Of a DNA stretch of 64,000 nt, positions 31,987-39,777 are shown one piece after another. The DNA comes from an uncultured archaeon (GTDB taxonomy: Archaea > Thermoproteota > Nitrososphaeria > Nitrososphaerales > Gagatemarchaeaceae). Location: contig CAWCYD010000003.1 of the NCBI GenBank assembly GCA_963799775.1, forward strand, positions 1,248,001 through 1,312,000, given 5' to 3'. The notes under the pieces are model-generated. The model was not told the origin of the DNA and did not search any database. It saw nothing but the letters and a program-made list of their open reading frames with translations. Position 1 is the stretch's first letter. Each line of letters opens with the position of its first letter. The position numbers were made by a program, and so were the translations under genes.

Positions 31987-32415
31987 ATGAGCGATACGGA
32001 CGATAGGGAGAGCTACTACGCGACCTTGGGCCTCCCTCCGGATGCCACCTTTGAACAGGTGAAGTCACGCTTCAGGGAGCTCAATGAAGCGTACCTCAAG
32101 ATACTCGAGCTGTCACGAAGCAGCGCAAAGGCCCGTGCGCCCGGTCGACCCGCTCAAGCCGATAACGGCGCTGTTCGGCCCAGTCCGCATCCAGACACAA
32201 ATCCAAAGCAAGGGGCCTCGCCTCCGCAAGAGACGCGCACGGACCCGATAGCCAAGATCAAGGCAAGGCTCGCAAAGGGAGAGATCCAGAAAGCTCAGTT
32301 TGAGAGGCTGGCAAAGGAACGCTACGACTATCTCAAGAACAAACCCTTCAGCGAGTTGACGGAGTCCGAGTTTGAGGAGAGGCTCCATGGGTTTGAGGGG
32401 TTGAAGTTCCTATGA
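31987..32415 (+). CDS. J-domain-like (no HPD) + SHOCT-like protein copy 2
   Basis: YYATLGLPPDATFEQVKSRFRELNEAYLKIL; PIAKIKARLAKGEIQKAQFE. Confidence 0.75.
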   Translation: MSDTDDRESYYATLGLPPDATFEQVKSRFRELNEAYLKILELSRSSAKARAPGRPAQADNGAVRPSPHPDTNPKQGASPPQETRTDPIAKIKARLAKGEIQKAQFERLAKERYDYLKNKPFSELTESEFEERLHGFEGLKFL

Positions 32416-32452
32416 CCTCGGTCGCGCAGCCCGGCGAAGCGTCGGAGCCGGC

Positions 32453-32599
32453 ATGGAGCTCTACGAATGGCTCTATGACAAGGTGGAGAACAAGTGGGTC
32501 AAGATAACTGCGAAGAACATCCAAGGGAGGAGATGCGGCCGCTGTGGGTGCCCTTGCCCCTGCGCGTGCCCGGATTGTCTGCATCAATACTGCTCATAG
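32453..32599 (+). CDS. Cys-rich metallothionein-like miniprotein copy 2
   Basis: MELYEWLYDKVENKWVKITAKNIQGRRCGRCGCPCPCACPDCLHQYCS*; true start may be the ATG at 32412 overlapping the J-like stop (1-nt shift). Confidence 0.78.
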   Translation: MELYEWLYDKVENKWVKITAKNIQGRRCGRCGCPCPCACPDCLHQYCS

Positions 32600-32878
32600 A
32601 ATTCTGTTCTCCCTCTCTAGATTCCTGCTTGCCGGCTCGGTAGTCATCTTATCATCCTCTGCGCGCCTTCCCTAATGTGACGCGCTTGGGCTTCAGAGCA
32701 GTGGCGCTTGGGTGCTGTCTAATCTTCGTTTGGTTTGGCGTGATATGCATTCGGTTCCAAACGGCAACTCGACAGAGCCATTTCTTGGTAAGCCTAAAAT
32801 CAATCCTAGCTGAGAGACGCATCCCTCGCACAAGCGAGAAAGGCACTCGAACGGTAAGATTGTCGTGAGAGTATGAAT

Positions 32879-33112
32879 CTAGGTAGAATGTGCTACTCCT
32901 GCCCTACCCTTGGCTTTTTGACGCAACCTGACATAGAACAGTGTGAAAAACGCCCAACCAAAGGCGAGCGCTGGGACCGCGCGCTCGAGGCTTAGCGAGC
33001 CGAGAACAAAACCGGGTAAACTAACCCCTAAGTAGAGGAGCATCATCAAAACAATGAACTTTACGTATCCTTTAGACGCTATCCAATCCCTGAATCCCGA
33101 GAGCGGGTCCAA
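32879..33112 (-). CDS. small 2-TM membrane protein (candidate immunity protein)
   Basis: 77 aa, starts 6 nt after the halocin-like gene, same low GC. Confidence 0.6.
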   Translation of the reverse strand: MDPLSGFRDWIASKGYVKFIVLMMLLYLGVSLPGFVLGSLSLERAVPALAFGWAFFTLFYVRLRQKAKGRAGVAHST

Positions 33113-33118
33113 GAGATA

Positions 33119-33965
33119 TCACCCATATCCTAATGCTTCACAGGCAGCCGCGCAAGCTGCATCAATGACATCGTATTCCTCTATAACGAAGACTATAACC
33201 ACGGCTGCTAGAATACAGACACCAAATGTGGAGATGATGCAGGCCACGAATACCACAGCTATGGTCACGATCACCACAATCTCGCACACAAGGTCACAAT
33301 CCTGATCCATATCCACCGAAATCGTGCCGCTTACGTTGAGATTCGCAGTTGAACGGGGCAGCATGGCTCCCATTTTTAGAAAGGAGGCCGCCATCAGCGC
33401 GTAGTACGAGCCGAGCTGTCTGATTGTAGAGTTTTGTGAGGCAATGTCTTGGGCAGCAACTATGCCAAGCCCGGCCGCGTTTCCTAGGAGCTGGTTGGTG
33501 AGGGTGGACGTGTAGTTCAAGACGAAGACGTCTCCCAGCTTGAGGTCTCTACCTTTGGGAATGATATTCGCTCCGAGGACTGCCAAGTATCGACTGCTGC
33601 TTGCATTCCGCGCGAGGCTCTCCAGAATCGTGACCGTGTAGGTATTCGCGACCTCAGTGTACTGGAGATAGACAATGCTCGTTCCTTTGGTAGTGCCGAC
33701 CGATGCCATCAGCGTCGATTCTCCTCGACTCAGCGTTGTATTTGAAAAACCTTCCAAGCTTGCCTTTCCGGAAGGGATGCTCGGCATAGTCTGCGGCATA
33801 GAGAAGGGCTTTTCTGAGTTCAAATGAAATGGCGAGTTCATTTCGTACACGTTGCGGATTTGAATAGGCACTTGATTAGTTGCGCCGGAAGCGGGTGTTA
33901 CCGGGTAAGATAAAGACAACAAACAAACCGGCCAGAAAGATTCCGCCTAACTCGCGTATCCTCAA
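33119..33965 (-). CDS. secreted precursor with C-terminal halocin C8-like Cys-rich hydrophobic domain (frameshift near 33921)
   Basis: Signal peptide MRIRELGGIFLAGLF/LLSLSYPVTPASGA; C-terminus DCDLVCEIVVIVTIAVVFVACIISTFGVCILAAVVIVFVIEEYDVIDAACAAACEALGYG. Confidence 0.6.
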
Positions 33966-34088
33966 CGCTTGGGAAAAAGGCGTGAGATAACGATATATGC
34001 GTTCCGTCAAGAATTTCGGTGATTCTTTTGGTTTTCTCCCCAATTTCCGGCTGACCTATGCCATAACCTATGGGACACGCTCCCTAGC

Positions 34089-34288
34089 ATGCTCTACGTC
34101 GAGGACAGGTTCGCGAACTATGTCCCGTTCCTTGAGCTTGTCGCCCTCAGGTGACGAGCAAGGGAGAAGAGGCTACCGCGAAGATGCAAGGCTATGTCCT
34201 GAATCTACAGGATATGCTGGGGAAGACCTACGATGCAAGAGACGTCACGTATGACCTCAAGGTCGACCTCGAAGAAATAATCTGGTGA
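34089..34288 (+). pseudogene. gene fragment
   Basis: Coding-like MLYVEDRFANYVPFLELVALR / VTSKGEEATAKMQGYVLNLQDMLGKTYDARDVTYDLKVDLEEIIW* with a frameshift. Confidence 0.35.
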
Positions 34289-34310
34289 GGGCTGAGCTAG
34301 CGCGAGACCG

Positions 34311-34388
34311 CGCCGTTGGCTTCGTAATCTTCCTGCTAATCGGCACGTTTGTGACCTCTTCGTGCTCTACGGACTTTCGCGGGTGTAG
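34311..34388 (+). pseudogene. Y copy 3 remnant (TM anchor only)
   Basis: AVGFVIFLLIGTFV..FVLYGLSRV* matches the Y C-terminus. Confidence 0.6.
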
Positions 34389-34392
34389 GAGC

Positions 34393-35361
34393 CTAGGGAC
34401 TCGCGAGGGTCAGCGACGTCACGCTCGTCGTTTCGCCGAGGGTGGTACCCTGCTCGCTAATCTGCGTCTGCTCGTATAGGATCATCGTTAGGCCCGTCCC
34501 CTGGACCGTCCCTATGCCCTCGACGAGGTTGCTCAGCGTGGTCCCGCAGTAGGTCAAGGGAAGGGACTTCAGCGTGTAGTAGGTCATCTTCACCTGCGTC
34601 GGCCCGAGGGAGACGGTCGTCGAGTTGAGGACCGCGACGTTCGGGTCAGACACGACCCCGCTCGTGTAGGTGCTCGCGTGGAACAGAATCAAGAAGGACG
34701 AGACGTCGGCCTGACCCATGGCCTCTGCCGAGGCTCCGGTGGAGTTGCCCAGGACCGGCGAGCTCACGCTCGTGGCCGTCCCGTTGGGGGCGAACATGTC
34801 GACTGTGGAGACGTTGAACCCGGTGATGCTCGTCGTGAAGTTCACCTCGTAGTACTCGAGGGAGCCTATCGTGGGCCGTCCGATAATCTGGTAGGACGAG
34901 CTCGTCGCCAAGCCCATAGTCCCGACGATGTTAGATGTCACGGTCATCTGGGAGAAATTCCCGAAGAGCTCGGCCAAAGTCGCGTTTCCGGGGCCCTCGT
35001 TGTAGAGGCCGGTCAGGTTGCCCACCAAAGCGCTGACGGTGGAGTTGAGCTGGGCCATGCTTTCCGTGCTGTTGAACAGGCAGGGAATGGAGGTGGTCGA
35101 AGACGAGCTCGTGCTGGTCGTAATCGGGATCGCGCTGCTCGGCGAGCTCGTCGAGCTCGTTGAGGTAGCGGTGGTCGACATCGAAGAGGTGGAAATGGCC
35201 TCGGTGCTAGAGGAAGACGTGCTTCCGCTGGAAGAAGGCGCCTGTGATAGCGAGAGGACGGCCGCCGCTCCGACGGCAGAGACCCCGATTACCGCTACGA
35301 CGACAAGGGCCAAGACCCTTGGGACGCCTGCGCGTCTGGCCAAACGGGAAGAGTCCGCCAA
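34393..35361 (-). CDS. Ser/Thr-rich membrane-anchored extracellular protein
   Basis: N-terminal TM, S/T linker, many NxS/T sequons. Confidence 0.75.
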   Translation of the reverse strand: MADSSRLARRAGVPRVLALVVVAVIGVSAVGAAAVLSLSQAPSSSGSTSSSSTEAISTSSMSTTATSTSSTSSPSSAIPITTSTSSSSTTSIPCLFNSTESMAQLNSTVSALVGNLTGLYNEGPGNATLAELFGNFSQMTVTSNIVGTMGLATSSSYQIIGRPTIGSLEYYEVNFTTSITGFNVSTVDMFAPNGTATSVSSPVLGNSTGASAEAMGQADVSSFLILFHASTYTSGVVSDPNVAVLNSTTVSLGPTQVKMTYYTLKSLPLTYCGTTLSNLVEGIGTVQGTGLTMILYEQTQISEQGTTLGETTSVTSLTLASP

Positions 35362-35644
35362 GTGCCGGAGTTCAACAGGCGCCGAGCGAACTTATGGGTT
35401 GTGAAGGCCGAATCAATATTCCAGCGGCCAGTCGATGTCTCCAAGTCCAGAGAATGGGAAGGAGCCCAGGGAGAAGATTGTTCCCATATCATAATATCCA
35501 AAACAGACACTTTTGGTCACCTTGCTGAGAGGCCGACCTCCGCATATCCCCATTTTGCCTTTGCCGCAGCGCTAGCGGCAGTCCTCCTAGTCCGAGCGAG
35601 GCAAGTCCCTCGAGGCCGCTAACCGCGAATCATAGACGAGCTCG

Positions 35645-35773
35645 TTAAGACTTGTCGTTCGCCCCCCGTCTTCTACCCCTGACTGCCCGGTCTACCATCT
35701 TCTCGAAAGCCGCGTCGTCATTGAGAAGCCTGTCCAGCTTCTGTAACTCCTTTTTTGTCAGTGGCTTGCTCAA
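35645..35773 (-). CDS. 42-aa distant homolog of cassette X ORF1
   Basis: MSKPLTKKELQKLDRLLNDDAAFEKMVDRAVRGRRRGANDKS*; TATAAAG upstream. Confidence 0.45.
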   Translation of the reverse strand: MSKPLTKKELQKLDRLLNDDAAFEKMVDRAVRGRRRGANDKS

Positions 35774-35889
35774 GGACTTTGCCTCTGGGTCGTCGAAATT
35801 GGAGGTGAGGCCGTCTAATGACTGCCGATTTGATTGCAGTCTTTATACCGAGCTCCGCATCTCGAATGGATTGCAGTTGCGAACCTTCG

Positions 35890-36144
35890 CTAGATCGGCC
35901 CCTTGTGCGCCTTGAGGACCACAGAGCTTGCGGTGCTCCTGATTCCTTTGACCTTCATGATCTTGTGTTCGAGGAGCTCCCTGAAGTCCTCGAGGGTGTC
36001 CACAGAGAATAGCGTCAGGAGGTCGAACTCTCCGGTGACCTCGTAAAGGTGCACAAGGTCTTCGAGCTTGGATAGGGCTACGACTACGTCATCCATCTCA
36101 GGCTTCTCCACAAAGATTTCTACGAAGACCAGGAGACGGGGCAA
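35890..36144 (-). CDS. Lrp/AsnC ligand-binding (RAM) domain protein
   Basis: LYEVTGEFDLL...KIMKVKGIRSTASSVVLK. Confidence 0.88.
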   Translation of the reverse strand: MPRLLVFVEIFVEKPEMDDVVVALSKLEDLVHLYEVTGEFDLLTLFSVDTLEDFRELLEHKIMKVKGIRSTASSVVLKAHKGPI

Positions 36145-36291
36145 CCCTAAACGTCATGCATCGGGGGTCACTTGGTGATATAACTTCCGCGGGGGAGAAG
36201 TACACATGGCGCCACCCTCCAGGCCGTGGCCTGGTGGTCTCATGCCTCTTGTGACGAGGACGCTCGAAGATAGATGGAGGGATCTCTAGAG

Positions 36292-36477
36292 GTGTCAGCC
36301 TCCCAGCCTCCCGAGGGGTCTGAGAAGAACGAGGAGCCATACGAATGGGCCTACGACCAGGCTCAGAACAAGTGGGTCAAGATAACGGCGAAGAACAGCC
36401 AGGGCAGACGGTGTGGTCGTTGCGGGTGTAGTTGTCCCTGCACGTGCGCGGATTGCCTCTTCCAGTGCTGCTCGTAA
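36292..36477 (+). CDS. Cys-rich metallothionein-like miniprotein copy 3
   Basis: ..EEPYEWAYDQAQNKWVKITAKNSQGRRCGRCGCSCPCTCADCLFQCCS*. Confidence 0.8.
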   Translation: MSASQPPEGSEKNEEPYEWAYDQAQNKWVKITAKNSQGRRCGRCGCSCPCTCADCLFQCCS

Positions 36478-36526
36478 CTCCGTTGCGCCCATTTCGCGAC
36501 CCAGGAAGGGCTCCACGCTGGACGCT

Positions 36527-36838
36527 TTAGCTGGTGAGAGTGAGCTCTATCTTTACGTCCTCGGGAATCGAAAGCTTCGTTATCTGCCTCATGGCCCTGT
36601 CGTTCGGCTCCACATAGATGAGCCTTCTGTGAATCCTGAGTTGCCAGTGGTCGAACGTGTGGGTACCCTCGCCCGTTGGGGCTTTCCTAGTGGTAATCTT
36701 CAGCGTCTTGGTTGGCAGAGGCTGCGGGCCCACGCTCTTGACGCCCGCCTTGTCCGCGATATCCTTAATCTCCCAGGCAAGCCTGCCCAGCTCATTAAGG
36801 TTGGAGCTGGTCAGCTTGATTCTCGCATACTGTGGCAT
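36527..36838 (-). CDS. rpsJ: 30S ribosomal protein S10 (uS10)
   Basis: ARIKLTS, GPQPLPTK.LKITTRKAPTGEG, WQLRIHRRLI. Confidence 0.95.
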   Translation of the reverse strand: MPQYARIKLTSSNLNELGRLAWEIKDIADKAGVKSVGPQPLPTKTLKITTRKAPTGEGTHTFDHWQLRIHRRLIYVEPNDRAMRQITKLSIPEDVKIELTLTS

Positions 36839-36964
36839 TGTCTTTGGGACTCGCGTCTAGGCTTGCTACTTAGGCCTTTGCCAAATCGCCCGCGAGATCC
36901 TGCAACGAAGGAATACGGACGCCCCATGCCTCGATCGGAGCATCTCCTGGCTAAGGCCGTTGGT

Positions 36965-37150
36965 TCATCTTGAAGGAGGGTTCAGGCAACGCACTTCCTT
37001 GCTGGTGACAAGCACCCGGTCGGTCGTGACCGTCTCTGTCACTGTGAAGGACACCATCCTGACGAAGCGCAACCCCGAGATGTCCCGCTCCGCGAAAGCG
37101 ACCTGCACCTTCTCGACGGTGAGCTTGAGCTCCACCATCTTGTCCCGCAT
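36965..37150 (-). CDS. Z copy 2: 61-aa hypothetical protein
   Basis: MRDKMVELKLTVEKVQVAFAERDISGLRFVRMVSFTVTETVTTDRVLVTSKEVRCLNPPSR*. Confidence 0.72.
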   Translation of the reverse strand: MRDKMVELKLTVEKVQVAFAERDISGLRFVRMVSFTVTETVTTDRVLVTSKEVRCLNPPSR

Positions 37151-37310
37151 CAACCCTCGAATGCCCCAATAACGGCCTAATGGCGGCCACAGACAAGAAA
37201 TCTATACCAGAGGCTCAGGCCCCGCGTCAGCCTGCGGCCAAGGACCCAGGTTGCGAGAGCTATGCCGCCATGGCCGCTTAAATTCAACGACGCACTGTCT
37301 GGCCATTTGG

Positions 37311-37585
37311 ATGACCTCCTCGCTTACCGAAAGAGACCGGAAAGAGTTGGAAGAGATTCTCGCCGACCCCGTGAAGAGGGCAGAGCTAGCCAACAGGGCG
37401 ATTGATGCGTGGGTTCTTCAGGGGCTTCCAAAGTCGAGACGATCCTCAAAGAACTCGAAGAAACGCTCCTGACGCGCATTCCTCTCGCCTACAAGAGAAG
37501 CCCGGAGCGATTCTTCAGAGAACTCTCGACGCTTGAGATTGTGTTAGGGATTAAAGAGAAATTGAGGCACAGTTCGCCGCAGTGA
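37311..37585 (+). CDS. two-ORF cassette X copy 3 (ORF1 37311-37472, ORF2 37409-37585)
   Basis: MTSSLTERDRKELEEILADPVKRAELANRAIDAWVLQGLPKSRRSSKNSKKRS* and MGSSGASKVETILKELEETLLTRIPLAYKRSPERFFRELSTLEIVLGIKEKLRHSSPQ*. Confidence 0.7.
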
Positions 37586-37735
37586 GCAGGTCGCCCTGCC
37601 CACAAACGGAGCGAGCAGACAATGCTTATGGCAGGCTCGAAACTTCCCGCGCAGACGAAAGACTTGCAGCGCTCTAGCGTCGTCCCAAAGAAGAAGAAGC
37701 CTCCGCACTAGGCATTACGAGGAACCGACCCAGCC

Positions 37736-38284
37736 TCATTCGTGGTATTTCTTCTCGCCCGCTCGGATCGCCACCTTGAGCCAGTTCTCCTGCGGCGGGA
37801 GGGGGCAGACGAATCCTTCGTTATAGGCGCAGTAGGGGTTGTAGGCGTAGTTGAAGTCCACGAGGTATCTGTCGTCGTGCTGGACCTCCATGTCGAGATA
37901 CCGCCCCGACCCGTAGGTCTCCTTCCCTGAGGTCGCGTCCCTGAAGGGGACGAAGAGGTTGCGGTCTTCGCGCTCGGCGGACTGGTAGGCTAGGAGCTGG
38001 AATGGCGGGCCGTTGAGAGTTAGGTCGAAGCGGCCCACCTTGTTGAAGAGCTGGCGCGTCCCTTTGCTCGTGGTCATCATGAGGCCCCGCTCTGGAGACC
38101 TGCTGAGCTTCGTGTCGAAGCGAAAGGCAGGGTCCGGCTCGAAGTAGTTGAGGCCCACAAACTGACTGGAGTGCGCGAACGGCGAGTCGGGGCCGTTCCG
38201 GAAGAATTCGTTCTTCTGCTCCCTGAACCTGAGAAGGGCTCGCCTCCAAGTCTCGAGCTCATCAGGCTGCATCGTGGGTCTCAT
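37736..38284 (-). CDS. DUF1684 family protein
   Basis: FVPFRDATSGKETYGSGRYL, DFNYAYNPYCAYN..FVCPLPP. Confidence 0.9.
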   Translation of the reverse strand: MRPTMQPDELETWRRALLRFREQKNEFFRNGPDSPFAHSSQFVGLNYFEPDPAFRFDTKLSRSPERGLMMTTSKGTRQLFNKVGRFDLTLNGPPFQLLAYQSAEREDRNLFVPFRDATSGKETYGSGRYLDMEVQHDDRYLVDFNYAYNPYCAYNEGFVCPLPPQENWLKVAIRAGEKKYHE

Positions 38285-38361
38285 GAGAGGAGTCAAGGAT
38301 AACCTTTCTCAGTGGTCCGCCACCAATGCTTAATTCGAGGCGTCAAAGGCCCGCATGTTGA

Positions 38362-38703
38362 TTGGTGGAAGAGAGAGTGGCTGAATCAACGAGAAGGACG
38401 ACGGCAATCAAGTACAGACGGCTCGACGACCTCGTGAAGTTTGTGAGCATGACCCCGCAGCCTTTTCTGAACCACATCGAGCGGGCTGGGAAGCATCTCT
38501 ACTTCTTCGTGCTGCCGTTCTCGGGCGGGCTCTTGGTCTCCTACCTCTCGGCTGACAAGAAGATAGAGGGCGAGTATATCACGATCAACAGGATGTCGGG
38601 ACGCTTCTCGGCCTCGAGCAAGCCTAGCTTCGACGCCCAGTCTCTAGACATGCCGATCCTTGAGGTCGAGGCCACCGACCTCTTGGACGCCATGACGTCC
38701 TAA
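38362..38703 (+). CDS. hypothetical protein
   Basis: 113 aa, host codon usage, TTAAT upstream. Confidence 0.65.
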   Translation: MVEERVAESTRRTTAIKYRRLDDLVKFVSMTPQPFLNHIERAGKHLYFFVLPFSGGLLVSYLSADKKIEGEYITINRMSGRFSASSKPSFDAQSLDMPILEVEATDLLDAMTS

Positions 38704-39017
38704 GCTCAGGCGCCGCCGAAATCGACGAACTCGGCAAGCGGATGGACGTGACTCAACGTCTCGCCGTGGTCGAGGAGCAGCTCAAGGAGCTGCGGACGAG
38801 AGCCTAGTCTATCCAGATGGAACTCAGGATGGGCAGCTGCCCGTCGTCAGGAGAATGGACCCGGGACTTGCCATTTTCCGACTCTTTCTTGACCGCCAAG
38901 TCAAGCGACAAGCCTTTGGCCACCGGCGCATGCCGGTATTTAGGCTCCAGGAACATTCTTCTAGAATCATCGTGCGATGACTCGTTCCAAAACCTATTAT
39001 CGGACTAGCCCGGGAGC

Positions 39018-39377
39018 ATGGTAGGCCCGATGGACTCTCTCACAAAGCTCAAACTGACTCTCGCCATAATGGCGAGCAGAGTCCGACCCAGAAAGAGACG
39101 TGTTGATTTCGGGGCGCCCAGTCCTCACAGCCAGCGTTGGGACGAGAGGGAGAGGACGGAGTCCATGCGCGCGCAGCAGGTCGGCGCGCAAGGCTCGCGT
39201 CGTGCCCTCAACATGAGGGTCTTGGCGCTCATCGGCACCATGTTTGCTATCTCGCTCTTGGCCGACCTCCTCCTGCCCCCTATCATGGGCACCGCAGTGA
39301 GCTTGGCACTCTTGGGCGGCGCGCTCGCGTACATTTTGTATGTGAGGCGCAAGCGCTCTTCATATCGGCCGATGTAG
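39018..39377 (+). CDS. hypothetical membrane protein
   Basis: Two C-terminal TM segments. Confidence 0.55.
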   Translation: MVGPMDSLTKLKLTLAIMASRVRPRKRRVDFGAPSPHSQRWDERERTESMRAQQVGAQGSRRALNMRVLALIGTMFAISLLADLLLPPIMGTAVSLALLGGALAYILYVRRKRSSYRPM

Positions 39378-39398
39378 CAGCCCGCGAAAAATAGCCCG

Positions 39399-39650
39399 TT
39401 ACTTTCCGAGCGCCTTGCCAAGCAGGGCGTAGAATTCCTCCGCAGCCTCTAAAGAGAGGTTGAACCCCTGCTTCGTGGGCCCGCTGTAGCGGTTCCCCTT
39501 CACCCACGCTCGCATCGCGACCACTTCGCGCTTGTCCCTCTTCGTCACTCCCCGCTGGAACTTCACGACGGTTGCCTCGCCGAGCTTGAGCTCCCCGACG
39601 TCGCTCACCTGCTCCCAGTATTGTTGCCCGCCACCCGTCTCTTCTGACAT
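39399..39650 (-). CDS. PC4/YdbC-like ssDNA-binding protein
   Basis: VAMRAWV...GPTKQGFNLSLE matches the PC4 signature. Confidence 0.65.
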   Translation of the reverse strand: MSEETGGGQQYWEQVSDVGELKLGEATVVKFQRGVTKRDKREVVAMRAWVKGNRYSGPTKQGFNLSLEAAEEFYALLGKALGK

Positions 39651-39777
39651 CTCGCTAACCTGCCATTGCTTACCGCCCTCTGCCTTAAGTCGCTATCTCT
39701 CGGCTGATGCATCAGAAGACGGCTAGGCTGTGATTGGGGAACTTTATCTGCGGCCCAAACGCGGCGCGCATCGTCAC

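Noticed and set aside
26400-37600. Integron cassette array, provirus or DGR as explanation for the repeats
   Set aside because: No integrase, reverse transcriptase, capsid gene or recurring attC-like palindrome; genes are in mixed orientation and differences are not adenine-specific
38704-38807. Coiled-coil-like fragment EIDELGKRMDVTQRLAVVEEQLKELRTRA*
   Set aside because: Begins without a start right after the previous stop; a gene remnant with no further support
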